64,000 nt of DNA from Nemertoderma westbladi (GCA_032718475.1 JAUCBJ010001939.1:1-64000), one strand, 5' to 3'; counted from the stretch's first letter, positions 10,437-22,705 are shown. Notes: generated by a model from the sequence alone, not told the origin. Numbers and translations: made by a program.

Positions 10437-11687
10437 ATGAGTAAATTAGAATTATCATTATTCTCGAGTAAAACAAATCAGCGAGAATATACATCTTCAC
10501 ATTTTTTGGATATCTACCCGATTTCTACTCTTGACGCGAATGCCAGGCAAATAGAGTTCTTTATACCCCAGTCAAATGTTCTATATACTGATTTAAAGAA
10601 TTCGAAATTTCACATTAAATATAAAATTACATGGGATGGTAATAGGGCTAACGACGATACAACCCTCCACCATCTTAATTACCCGGGTGGGTCACTATTT
10701 GAAAATTGTTCGTTATATTTAAATGAAAAGCTAGTTGAAACCTCGAATGGGTTCTACGCCTATAAGTCTACGTTTCAGACATTACTGTTGACAGATGCTA
10801 ACGAAAAACGCAGTATTTTAAGAGCTGGTGGGTATGAAGATACTGATAATAATCTAGGTGGGGTACCTGTCGCTACTGAGAATGACGTTCGTGGGAATTA
10901 TGTTAAATTCGTTGTGGCCCCAATTTTTTTAGACCTGGCAAGCCAGGACAAATTACTGCCGCCGGGAATTAACATTCGACTTCGTATAGACCGAGTATCG
11001 AATAATTTTTTTTTGAAAGTTGAACCCCCCGCAGGATTGGTAAACCCAAGAGTTGAAATCATGAATATTAATTTAAAAATAAAACACCACAAGATTGATG
11101 CCGAGGTTATGCGTGCGCATTTGTTGGGGTCACAAAAAAATGACTTTATTTATAACTTGTTAAAACAAGAAGTGAAAACCTTCACTATTGGTGGCGGGCA
11201 GTCCAGTTATACAGAATCGAACATAATCCAAGGAAAATTACCTAAGTATATTTTGGTTGGAATGCTTACCAACGCCAGCTTCAACGGGGAATTAAGCAGT
11301 AATCCGCTACATTTTAACCATTTCGGTTTAAATTATGCCGAACTAAACATCGACTCCCGTATTATACACGGGTATCCATATCGCCCTAACTTTCTGGAAA
11401 ACAATTTTATGTTGGAATTCGAAAGTTTAATGAACGTGTTCAAGAGCTTGAGCGGCGTATTTTGCTCGCTAACACCAGAACGGTTTCGTACCCAATTTCC
11501 TTTGATCGTATTCGATCTTACTGCGGGAGGCGACCAAAGCCATGAAATTCAACCTAGTATTCATACAAGCGGGCATTTGATTCTGAAATTTAGTAATGCA
11601 CTAGATAACACTATTAACGTTATATTAATGGCAAGCTATGACGCTCTTCTATCTATTTCGGAAGCCAAGAAAATAATAACTGAATAA
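10437..11687 (+). CDS. Major capsid protein (double jelly-roll, hexon-like)
   Basis: 416 aa; SKLELSLF, IYPIS, IEFFIP...YTDL, SLF...LYLN, YAYKS, QDKLLPPG, GKLPKYILVGM...AFNG-like..NPLHFNHF, FDLT. Confidence 0.93.
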   Translation: MSKLELSLFSSKTNQREYTSSHFLDIYPISTLDANARQIEFFIPQSNVLYTDLKNSKFHIKYKITWDGNRANDDTTLHHLNYPGGSLFENCSLYLNEKLVETSNGFYAYKSTFQTLLLTDANEKRSILRAGGYEDTDNNLGGVPVATENDVRGNYVKFVVAPIFLDLASQDKLLPPGINIRLRIDRVSNNFFLKVEPPAGLVNPRVEIMNINLKIKHHKIDAEVMRAHLLGSQKNDFIYNLLKQEVKTFTIGGGQSSYTESNIIQGKLPKYILVGMLTNASFNGELSSNPLHFNHFGLNYAELNIDSRIIHGYPYRPNFLENNFMLEFESLMNVFKSLSGVFCSLTPERFRTQFPLIVFDLTAGGDQSHEIQPSIHTSGHLILKFSNALDNTINVILMASYDALLSISEAKKIITE

Positions 11688-11751
11688 ATAAAGATCTCGC
11701 ATAGTACAAAGTAAGCGAAGCCGCGCCGCCTGTGGATACGTGCACGCTAAG

Positions 11752-12195
11752 ATGTTGGACTCTATACAATTAGCGAAATTCCCGGTGGGGCCCGAATACA
11801 TTGGTGTTTACGCAATCGACCAATTACACCTAATACATGCAAAAAAAAAAAATAAGCATAAACAAAATTATTCATTTATTATTAATAATCAACGTATAGG
11901 CCTACCAGGGCAACACTGGTCTTGCGTACGCGTGGTTAAGAGAATTGCTTATTATTTAGATTCGTTTGGTAAAGCTCCTCCGCCAAAAATATCATATTGG
12001 TTGCATAAATATACCCAAAGGCATACTTGGAATCGTAAAATATTTCAAGCGCCGCAATCGACTCAGTGTGGTCTATTTTGTCTGTATTATTTAACCGAGG
12101 TGCCGAAAAATCTTGGAGCAATGAATATATTCACCTCTAATTTGCGGTACAATGATTTATTGTTATTACTGTGGACACTTTCATTAATAAAATAA
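11752..12195 (+). CDS. Adenain-like (C5) cysteine maturation protease
   Basis: YIGVYAID, FIIN...PGQHW (His), YLDSFG (Asp), FQ...STQCGLFCLYYL (Gln/Cys); first ATG at 11752. Confidence 0.92.
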   Translation: MLDSIQLAKFPVGPEYIGVYAIDQLHLIHAKKKNKHKQNYSFIINNQRIGLPGQHWSCVRVVKRIAYYLDSFGKAPPPKISYWLHKYTQRHTWNRKIFQAPQSTQCGLFCLYYLTEVPKNLGAMNIFTSNLRYNDLLLLLWTLSLIK

Positions 12196-12723
12196 TTTAT
12201 TTATTTCGGTTATGGGTATATTCAATTGCGGTGCGTGAACATATTATTAGCGCTAATATTAATTAATAATAAATATTTATTTCTTGGGTATATAGTAATA
12301 GCAATATTTTTAATAAATATATGGGACACGACAAGTGACGCGGGTTGGGGTCTTCACACCGTAATAATTGGTATAGAGCACATTGGGACCCAACTCTTTC
12401 CGTTATATAACAAGCATCTGCCGCCCAACCTATGCGGTTAACACAAAGGCCAGAATCTCAATCCACGCTACGCACATTAGACAATAATTAAACGCTCTAA
12501 CGACAATCAAAGGTCTGGGTTCAATTTACTCGCATATGTGACTGGTTTCACAAAAGAAATAAGCCATATATAGATACGAAGCGTAGATAATTAGCTAGTT
12601 CTGTTATAGTTTATTTACTATATTAACATCGGGAATAGCGATACCGAATTCACTTTATTATTAATTACATTATTAAATTATTATAAAGTTACATTATTAA
12701 ATTATTATAAACTAAAACATATA

Positions 12724-13029
12724 ATGGCTACAGGCAGTGATAATAAATCAGTCTCGGAGGTTGCCACCGACAACAACCCCGTCCATCCAGCCGCCATCCA
12801 ACAAATACCTGTTTCCGGTAGGGTGCCCCAAACTTACGGTGTGGGGAGTCGCGGGGGTACCATTGAACCCCTTAGAAGGCCTAATACGCCGATGGCAGCG
12901 TTGTATAGGCCTATCAATTTTTATCCGGCGATTGGTAGGCCTCTTAGGCCTATTGCCATGGTATTTCCAAATAAGCGGCCCCGAGGGCGTGGTCGTGGCT
13001 TATCGCCGTGGTTCCCCCCGAAGGGGTAG
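12724..13029 (+). CDS. Hypothetical Pro/Arg/Gly-rich Maverick protein (possibly first exon of a decayed spliced gene)
   Basis: ATG in good context (ATAATGG) after an AT-rich TATA-like tract; GC-rich island in AT-rich DNA; no recognisable domain. Confidence 0.35.
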   Translation: MATGSDNKSVSEVATDNNPVHPAAIQQIPVSGRVPQTYGVGSRGGTIEPLRRPNTPMAALYRPINFYPAIGRPLRPIAMVFPNKRPRGRGRGLSPWFPPKG

Positions 13030-13203
13030 TCCCTGCAGAACCAGGTAGAATTGTTGGTGGGGTAGTCCGCCCAACTTGTGCCTGCCCCCCAAAAATGGTG
13101 GGGGAAACAAGGACGCCACCTCCCACCCAACATTAATGTAAGTAATAATTTAATTTCAACAATTAATATAATAACAATAAATAATTGCCAAAATTCAACA
13201 ATA

Positions 13204-13800
13204 GTACCCACACGCTAAAGGCTTTGCTCACTCCGCGCCGCGCGGGTACCCATATTCTAAGGCTTCGTTCGATTCATGGCTCGACCTATTTTTTCATCAA
13301 ATCACTGTATAACAGAATTATTGGCAATTAAAACTTATGTTGGCATCGGACGGCGATAAGACAACTCACCGATAGCGCCTATATACCACCACCACCTACC
13401 GAAAATTAATGTAAGTAATAATTTCGAAAATTATTATAATAACAATAATCACTTCACGGCTCGCCCCACAACTAGTTGCTTAGCAATAACTATAGAATTG
13501 TAATATTGGTGGCTGTCGTTAGTTGAATACAATAACCTTACTTCGATGCTATCACTCACTTCATGGCTCGCCCCATAGGTAGAATCATCAAATTAAAATA
13601 ATATTATAAATACTATAACCTTATACTCACTTCGTGGCTCACCCCACAACTTGTTGCGTAGTGATAAGTATAAATACAATAACCTTACTTCGATGCTATC
13701 ACTCACTTCATGGCTCGCCCCATAGGTAGAATAATCAAATTAAAATAATATTATAAATACCTTATTCTCACTTCGCGGCTCGCCCCCACAACTTATTGCT
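13204..13800. repeat. Maverick subterminal repeat cluster with TCACTTCRYGGCTCRCCCC motif (A-B-A-B-A array plus two longer copies)
   Basis: Five motif copies between 13449 and 13790 in alternating units; two ~41-bp copies at 13204-13286. Confidence 0.85.
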
Positions 13801-14268
13801 TGACAATATTGGTAGCCACCGTTAGTCTGTGTTTATTCACCTTTTTTTAGTTGTTGCGTCTGTAATAGTCTATCATGTTAAAGACTTTATTAAATAAATT
13901 GGAGATGAGCTGTTGCAACTGTAATTAAAGGTGTAATATTATGGGTTTGTTCACTTTATAACAAACGTCTGCAACCCACTTACTATATTGGGTTTTACCT
14001 ATTGCGGTTCAAGGTCAAACGCCGACCGGTAGACACGAATTAATTAAATTACTTCCGTCTGTGGACTGGCCTTATACCGCATATGTCACATATACACAGT
14101 GGTGACATATGTTACATATGCACAATGGTAACCATAGTAACCATAGTAAGTGGGTGGGGCAACAATAGTAATTATAGTAAGTAGGCGGGGCAAGAGCCGT
14201 TCGGCAAATTCTTTAACATGGTAGACTATGGCAGACACTGTCTCAATCCAGGTGTTTAGCATACTACT

Positions 14269-14555
14269 GTTATGTCTAGTGGTGATTCATCTACTGCTAG
14301 ACCACGGTGATTTAGTTGGGAGACATTCTGCCATACTTTTGCTTTAACAATGTTATGCATCTTATGGGGTTCTGCTGGCAGTGGCAACCCCATATACATG
14401 CATGATGCTTCTGAACGTAGAGTTAAAGTTTCTGATTCCAGATAATCATGTGTGTTCGATTTTCCATTTGTTTCTATGGATAAGAAATGGCATTTCTTTG
14501 TATTCAGTAGCAGGTTGTGGTCCTCAAAGTATTTCGATGCATGAATGAATTTAGA
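14269..14555 (-). mobile_element. Non-LTR retrotransposon fragment (RT thumb region), target of the Maverick insertion
   Basis: Open minus frame ASKYFEDHNLLLNTKKCHF...CMYMGLPL...KAKVWQNVSQLNHRGL that hits a stop within a few codons of entering AGTAGT. Confidence 0.55.
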
Positions 14556-14749
14556 TACTCCCCAGAGGAAACTCCAGTACTAAATTTAGCTCCCATTTAG
14601 ATGCAATAAGGCAGAGATACCGGTATAACCTGTCTAGACCCTTTAATTAAAGCAATCGTGCCGAAACGAAAACTGCATTGGCCCCCATGCGGGGGTTGAA
14701 CCAACGACCTCCGAGAGATGTGAATTCAATGTAACCACTACACCAAAGT
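14556..14749 (-). mobile_element. tRNA-derived SINE, 3'-truncated
   Basis: Minus strand has A-box TGGTGTAGTGG and a B-box-like GGTTCAACCC; homologous to the copy at 25086-25364. Confidence 0.75.
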
Positions 14750-15476
14750 GATACACTCGGTACCCCTCGAAGCTTTAGTGGGATTGGATTGAGATATCAG
14801 AATTGTCGAAAGATGCAGCTCTTAACGTTCTGTTATCAGTTTTTACTTGAAAATGTTAAATAAATAATTTAAATAATTAATAATAATTTAATTAAATAAA
14901 ACTTTTACTCTAACACCGCGATTAAACCTTAAATCAATATCATTATAGACGACCATAATCTAAATGGCACAAAATGTTTAGGCTATAGGTCAACCAATTA
15001 TTGATACCCATACTCTACACTGTACAGTAGGTTAGTTGACATAGACTAGAGTCATATTGTGCAACAAGTCGAGGAACCACGCACTCTACATACTCTCATC
15101 ACCTCGAACCCAAGTCTCACCGCGGATCCAACAAGAACAACAACAACTCAGTAACAGCACTATATCTTGACTATCAAATAAAAATGAAGAATATAGAGTC
15201 ACTCTCCTGGGCTGGCTTCAGCCTCTTCAATCCTGGCATCCACCAATAAAGTCTGGACCCTGCCGCCGCCAGCTGAACCTCAACTATTTCAACAGTTATT
15301 AAAGTAAGCAGATGTTTACCCCCCCCCCCCCCCCCCCCGCCCCCCGACCCCCGCCCCGCCGGAAAATTCATGGATGCGTAATATGATAAACACAACATAA
15401 AATATGATCCATGTACGGCCCATGGTACGAAACGGTTAAGTATCGCCTTAAACATAGTCCATCTACAGTATTTAGC

Positions 15477-15536
<60 letters not shown>

Positions 15537-17719
15537 CACTTTCCGAATACAACATTACATTGGCCAAGCAACACATCTCGCTCTCTGTGCAGTCGTGCTA
15601 TTTGCTAAAGTACTGTAAGTACTGTACGTCCAAGTTACTTATCAATATCACAATTATTGGATATAATATCTACATGTGGTCTCACCATTGCAGTGTAATT
15701 ACCGCATTCTATTTGTATGCTACTGTAGTCTTAGAGAATAATATGCCTACTACAACTGTATATTATGTAGGGCCGCGCTATTGAGACTCACATTTTGTAT
15801 ACTGTAGCAGCAATATTAAGATTTTAATAATTAAATATCACTGCAGCATACTGTAAACTTCTTATTTTCGCCCATGCGAAGAAGAATACCAGCAGGATTT
15901 CACTTTTCGGTCGACTTTTTATTGGAATTTTATATATGAAGATTTTTTTGTTTTTTTTTATTTATCGTTATTAAGTGTTTTATAGCGCTTATTTATGTCT
16001 TATAACCTGTACATATACTAATTCGATTATTGTTTTGGTTAGATTCAGCACTTCTGTAACCTGTGTTTTTGGTGAAAACCTGGTATGCTTCCCATGGGGG
16101 TATCTGCAAAGTGAAATATAACGGCAGAAAGTCTGGTATTCTTCACATGGGCCCTTAATTTCACAGTCGATAACCTACTGTATAAAATTGTGTTATTTAT
16201 AGGCCCTACTATTACAGTATCTATCATGACCTTAGGCCTACATATCTTACAGAGACCAGTTTATAGATCGGATTATGGTTTGGTTTTGGAACAGTGATTC
16301 TGCGTTATCAATAATTCATTAATCGATTAATGTATCTTAAGTACAGTAGTAATGATTCAATTTTAAGGGATGCACGGAATCTGAAATACGTAATGGTTCT
16401 TACTGGAAAAAGATTAGTTTGTTGTATTACTACCCCGACCCCGACATAACAAGGTTTGCCCATATCACAAGTTCAGTACCGGGGAAGGATGTTTGTAAGG
16501 TATATTTTCAGGAAGAGTGTAACTAATACAGTAGACGTAAATAATTCTTTGGAAATAATTAATATTGAATTCCAAGGTAAGCCACTACTGTTAGTTAGCC
16601 AGCTTGGCATACAGTACTTCAGCATTGTCTCGTGCATTGGTGCATATTTGCAATTATTTACCAATTTAGCCATAAAGAGGGCCTGAAGGTGGAGAAGTCT
16701 CCCTGTATTATAAACTTTTTTACTTTTCTAAAAAATTTACTGAACATGTGATTAAAATATGATATCATGGTTCAATGGGCGAATGCCGTTGTTTACAGTA
16801 GGAGTAGGGCCTAGTAAAAATGTTCCGAATCTCAAGAAATCTCAATCTAAATCAAAATTAACTGGTACAGTATACTGTACTTTTGTCTTTCCTTTAAAAA
16901 CTAGATGTTTTCTGATATGACTTTGTAATTGGTGTCATTCAATTATCTTGGGCCCTGCAACCTTTTTACAGGGTACTTACTCTCTACTCCACCTTTAAAA
17001 ATATTGTCATTTGGCGGAGCACACAGTAGGCCTACGGTAAATTCTGATTTCAAATCGATTACAATTTACAGTATGCCTGTGTAAGGCAGTAAGGGCCTCC
17101 GAGATAATTGCCTTCAAAGTTCAAACTTCCCCACCTAAAACAGACTGTCTGGGGTACGCTTGTTTAATAATGTCTGGCACGAAGGAAGCACACCACCGAG
17201 CTAAAATTTTAATAACGGGCTTTCTGAATCGCTAATTTCATTTCTGATATTACTTTGAATATTTGGTGGAATCTATTCTGTCGGTTCTGTTTGTTTTATA
17301 TTTTGGCGGGCAGATTGGCAAGCAGAGAGATTCCATTATTAGCCTACTCGAGCTACAGTAGTTGTAATATAAAACACATTTCTGAACTTTTTAAGTTGTA
17401 ATAAAAAAACAAATTTCCGAACATTGAACACCCCCCCCCCCCCCCCCCCCACCCACGCCTTCCCCTAAAAAAATGTTATTAGAGGGCCTCCCACAAAGTT
17501 ACGGCCTAGGGCCTCCCACAATCTAAATCCGACTCTGCACCCCCACCCCCCCCCCCCCCCCCCGCCAATCCCCATCTCCTGTCATACTTTAATTTAATGA
17601 CAGCAATACTTTATTTTATTATTTTTCTACAAATATTAATGAAATTTGAGACAGAGATAATTTTCCCCTTACCTTGTAAGTTACAATTTTTTCACAAGTG
17701 TGCGAGATTGCATTAAGCT

Positions 17720-17812
17720 GCACATTGCACCCCCACAACGCCCTATCCCCCATGACTTTCTCGAGATTATCCGCATATTCTAGGTCAATGTCCTTTAAGA
17801 GGTATCTCACAA
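17720..17812 (-). mobile_element. RTE-like LINE 3' fragment
   Basis: LLKDIDLEYADNLEKVMGDRALW matches ILKDTGLEDADDLANVMGDRELW of the copy at ~52800. Confidence 0.7.
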
Positions 17813-18529
17813 GAACCAGCCTTTTCTAATGAACTGGAGGGTAAAGAGCCTTTGGGCTCCCTCTAGTGATTCTGCGAGTCTGTATATTCGTGTCGTAGAT
17901 TTAATAATGAATAAACACAGCCTAGGGTTTATTATTACAATAGTTGGGGGTTGGGGGGGGGGGGGGGGGGGGTATACTATGGTAAATAACGCGGGACTGT
18001 TGAGGGTAGGAGAGTGGGGGCATCGGGGGGGTAGGACGGGGTAGGGCAGGTGTAGAAAAAGAGCACCTGGGATCTAGGGGTAGAACGGGAAAACATCGTT
18101 TGGGTCTATCACACTCCATGAAATGCATTCCGTTCATCTGTCAGTCTGTCATGCCCTTTGTTTAGACCAGCCTTGCACATTGCAGCCTTGGCAACAACTG
18201 TATTCTTAAATCTGTAGGCGTACTGCTGTATGTCTGTATGTTGCTTGTCTGATAGTGGATAGATACCGGTACTACAGTAGGCCTATAGAAATGTCTACAG
18301 CACAATACTGCCTGACTGCAGTACTGCAATAACAGAATACAGGAATAGGTTGGCGTTGGCCTAACCCAGCTGCCCAGTAATGAGTAGGCCTAACTACTGA
18401 ACTAGCTAACAGCAGAAACAAAGCAGTCTGGCAGTAGGTCAATAACTCATTCCACATTCTGACATTTTGCTGTTTGGAATTATTCAGTGTCAGTCCTGCA
18501 GTCCAGCTGGTCAGTCAGTTCATTGTCTT

Positions 18530-21310
18530 ATCTGGTCTAGAACGCTGGGCTACAGAATGGCAACTTACTATAGCTGCTCACAAATGTCACGTGCTATATT
18601 TTGGTGCTAAGTGCTAACAACAACCGTACCCAGTAGGCCCTATTGCCTTTACAATAAGATTCTTAAAGAAAAAACTTATTGCAAAGACTTAGGCCTAGGT
18701 GTCACAATATCAAACAATTTAAAATTTGACAAGTACTGTCGTGAGAAAGTTGCTAAGGCCTACAAAATTGTGAATATGATTTCCCGCTGTTTTTACACAA
18801 AGAATAGACAAGCCATCATGCTTGTGCTTGCTTATAAATCGTACGTACGTCCCTTATTAGAATATTGTACTCCTGTCAGCCTGTATGGTCCCCATTCCTG
18901 CCCACGTCTATTGACCTAGTCTGCTAGTTGATAGTGTACAGCGGTACTTTACACGTAGACTTTACTTACGGTGCGGATTGTCACGTAATAATTACATCGA
19001 CCGTCTCGAAGTTGAAGTTGAAGTTTTTTATTGGACGCCAAATTATAGTAATAGTGCCTACTGTAAAACGAACACAAAGCATATTAAAATTACGAAACAT
19101 ATTAAAATTGACAGCATAAATAGACATACTTAATGATCGGCCCTGCATAACGTTCCAGCATTCTGACAACATTTACAACAAAATTAAAAATAACGTTAAC
19201 CTGTTAACACAGTAACACTATTTAAAAATAATATGGTGCACCTAGGATAGCCCCATGAGGTTATACCTCGTTTCCATGGGGGTCCTATTTAAAATTCATT
19301 CTATTAATTAGCGCTCATCAAATACGGCATGAGAGTAAAAATTTAATTAAATAAAATAAATAAAATAAAATATATGAAAAGTGCAATACAATGTAAGATT
19401 TAATTAAAATATCTAAAAATAATGATCTAGAAGCAGTAAAGAGACTGAGTTTATTTGTAAATATTTACTATGATTGTTAATTATCTAAAAGTTTTTAAAA
19501 AAAATAAATATAGTTTGATTTGTCGCCTGATAGTAGTTTAAAGAAGTAGTACTTTTTTACGCTATGTTTGAAGCTTTCTAGTGACACACTGTTTTTGATG
19601 TCATCAGGGAGCTTATTCCAGAGTTTTGGCGCCGCAAACGAGAAGCACTCTGTGCCTGATACGGTTTTACGGCGTGGGACGACGGCCCTGTGCGTGTTGC
19701 CTCTTAGATTGATGTTGGCCGTATTGAGTGTAACGAGGGATCTCAGGTAAGGCGGCGAAAGCTCTCGAGTAATGCGATACATATGGGTGACGATAGTTTG
19801 GTCGATACGGTAGTCTAAGGGTAGCCACGCCATCTCCGCGAAGTGCTGGACGGTTACGTGCTCTCGCCGGTGTAAACTCAGACAAAATCGCACGCACTTT
19901 CGTTGAAGTGCATGTAATTGGCTTTTTAGCTGTTTGCTGGCACTGGAATACCAGCATGATGCAACAAAGTCTAAGTGAGGTTGAATCAGGGTGTTACATA
20001 ACAACCGTTTGGTTTCATAATCAAGCAGGGCACTCTTACGATAAAGAAAACGAAGAGTCGAGTTGCCTCGTTTAATCACCTTCGATGCCATAGGATTTCC
20101 TGATAGAGACGATTCCAACATACAGCCAAGATATTTCACTGACGTTTGTTGTTCTATTTTTTTACTCGCACACTCGATGTCTAATGGTTCTGCAGAATTC
20201 ACGCGTTGGTGGGTCCCAAACAGAATACTCTTTGTTTTTCCAAAGTTTAGTGATAGTTTATTGTCGGTTGCCCACATGAATATATTATTTAGTTTCGATG
20301 AGAGAACCGCAGAAATAACATTTGCATTGTTATGGGAATAGAGAACATTGGCATCATCTGCGAGCTTCAGTGAGATGCAATTTGAGTCTATGACGATTCC
20401 AGTAGTGGATGTATGCTTAGTTATTGGAGGTCCAATGGATGTACATAGCGGCGGGCTGGGAAGAATTGCCAGATCCATGTCATTAACATATATGAGGAAC
20501 AGTAGCACTGCGAGAAGAGCACCTTGTGGAACGCCAGCCTTTATTAAAGCCTCTGCGGAGTACACATTCCCAATAAATACGCGCTGTTTTCGATCTGAGA
20601 GATAAGAACGGAACCAATTCACTGCTGAAGCGTCGAACCCAATTAACCGTAGTTTCTCTAATAGGATTGTATGATCGACCGTATCAAAGGCCTTTTGTAA
20701 GTCAATAAGTAGAACTCCCGTCACCAACCCGTTGTCGACTGCTTCTCTAATGTAATTGTTCATGAATAGTAGGCATGTCTCTACAGAATAGTTTTTGCGG
20801 AATCCTGATTGCAGTTGATCGAGGATATTGTGAAAAATCAAGAATTCGACAAACTGAATGAACACGACTCGTTCCAATACTTTCGATAAAATGACTAAGA
20901 GCGCCACAGGTCTGAAATTACCCTTTTGCAATCTGCAATCGCGTTTGAATAGTGGCTTTACTTTGGCAGTCTTATACGTAGTGGGAAAAGTTGATGATGA
21001 GATTGATAGGTTTACTAGATGGGTCACCGACTCAGCGATTACGGAGCTGCATTTCTCAACTTTCTTTCTTTGCAACCTTTAGACTGTTAGAATTGAGACG
21101 TATTATTTTTGACCTCAAAATGGTATTTTCCATTGAGCACAATTTCTGAATTTAGTCGATCTTAACTTCGATGATTTCTTCCACCGGCCAACCAGACCCG
21201 GGTTCAGAGGTCACAATCATAAACTGTTTGTAAATAGAACCAGACTGCCAGACTCAATCAATGTAAACACTATTTTGCTAACCGTGTTGTGCCCATCTGC
21301 AAACTCTGGC
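18530..21310 (+). mobile_element. Degenerate CR1-like LINE fragment split by a younger LINE insertion
   Basis: WATEWQL...KC..L; KDLG..ISNNLKF; AYKSYVRPLLEYC at 18540-19010. It resumes ~21063 with LELRRI.FDL...RGHNHKL...NRVV. Confidence 0.75.
19008..21062 (-). mobile_element. 5'-truncated L2/Crack-like LINE; RT ORF ~21060-19495
   Basis: FRPVALL...KVLE, QSGFR, DLQKAFDTVDH, GVPQG, LADD, KYLG; (CAACTT)n 3' tail at 19008-19024. Confidence 0.9.
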
Positions 21311-21646
21311 AGTCATAGAGAGAATAGCATTTTTAGTTTTCTACCCATTCTGCCTTTGAAAATAGTGACAAAAACAGCTTATTTATAATACTGTAATAGG
21401 GCCTACAGCATACAGCAGTACAGTAAATTAATTCCTGCATTCACAGTACCGGTACTGCTGTACTGTCAGACTGTGTGCAGGTGTGGTGTGGTACGTACGT
21501 ACAGACGTAGGTCGTAGACGTCTGGACGTAGTTCTCCAGTTCTCAGTCTGACATTAGGCCTAATCCATTCAATCATTATTGTTTCTTGTGTTATTACTGT
21601 CGGCTACCGCAACCGTATCTGGCAGTCTGGTACCTAACGACTTAAC

Positions 21647-21802
21647 ATGGCGACGTCGAAACCGTCAGGGCCTAAACCTGCGGGGTCTAAACCAACCACA
21701 GATATCGAGCGGCGGAAGCAGATCAGTGTACGTCACGTTGCCGATCTGAGCAGTGTGACCAGCATTATCCAGGACTTTAATCGACACGTTCATTATACGG
21801 CT
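21647..21802 (+). CDS. PYG: Glycogen phosphorylase exon 1
   Basis: ATG...RRKQISVR (phospho-Ser site)...FNRHVHYTA, then GTAAGT donor. Confidence 0.92.
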
Positions 21803-22582
21803 GTAAGTACTGAAGTACACGGTACACCGGTACCTTTCATTGATTATGTTAATTGTAATCATGCTCATTAACAGATTAATGATACATGTCGTTAGGTAGT
21901 ACCGGTAGGCCTAATTATTTTCTTTCTTCAGCATATTTTTCAGGAAATCTTTCAGGCTTGTTATGCCAGTATGCTAGGATATGTCTTTTCTCTACCTGCC
22001 AGCTGCCACTATGACTGTATGATAGCCATGTGCGCGTGATCTTGCACAGTTCAGTAAAGACCTTCACTTTTGAATATAACAATTTATTCAATACCGGTAC
22101 TGCAATATGATACGCGATACGCGGGATCAGTACCGCAGTACCGGTACCGCAGTGGCGCATCAATCTCAACGTATCTGAATGTGTAGTCGCACCTGTACCG
22201 ATATCCGGTAGGCCTACTCCTTGTTTAAATTCCCTCTGTAATTGGTAAAGGCCCGGCCCATGGTAACCTCCCTTTAATGTGTTAAAGGTGACAAATGTAT
22301 ATAGCCAACGTGTATTTCAGTACGGTCTACCTTTTGTTCTTTCAGTCACTTTGATTAGGATTTAGGTTTTTTTTAATTAATTAGAGCTACGGTAGCTTGA
22401 CAGCACAAAATCATTATTAAAACAAAAATTTACCTCATGAATGTACCTATATACTTTATTAATAGCTTAATTTCGTTTGGATGTTCTTATTCCGGTCAAA
22501 TACGACAAATATAAGGTCGGGCCTCTATGTCTATACAATTATATATACAGTATATATTTTTTTTATCTCGCTTGTATTACAG

Positions 22583-22705
22583 ATAAAAGATCGTAATGTG
22601 GCCACTACGCGCGATTACTATAAGGCTCTGGGTCATTTAGTTCGCGATCGGTTGATCAGTCGATGGATAAGGACACAACAGTCGTATTACGAGAAAGACC
22701 CCAAG
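22583..22705 (+). CDS. PYG: Glycogen phosphorylase exon 2
   Basis: AG|[13 protein letters not shown]...[15 protein letters not shown]|GT. Confidence 0.93.

Larger units (their letters stand above)
1..14268 (+). mobile_element. Maverick/Polinton (adintovirus-like endogenous dsDNA virus), right-hand part; left end outside window
   Basis: Co-located pPolB, RVE integrase, A32/FtsK-type ATPase, penton, hexon-type MCP and adenain protease. Candidate terminus ACTACT (14263-14268) is the reverse complement of the canonical AGTAGT Polinton end and coincides with the break of a flanking LINE reading frame. Confidence 0.95.

Noticed and set aside
13449-13800. CRISPR-like repeat/spacer array
   Set aside because: The spacers are themselves duplicated (A-B-A-B-A), the context is eukaryotic and no cas genes are present.
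14200-14212. Alternative Maverick end at ...AAATTCT
   Set aside because: The internal inverted repeat extends to 14238 and the flanking LINE frame breaks at the ACTACT at 14268, favouring the latter; unproven without the left end.
15174-15608. Poly-Gly/poly-Pro ORFs
   Set aside because: Produced by C homopolymers; no coding signal.
19245-19286. Hammerhead ribozyme (GAAAC plus stems)
   Set aside because: No CUGANGA core or third stem; kept only as a conserved stem-loop.
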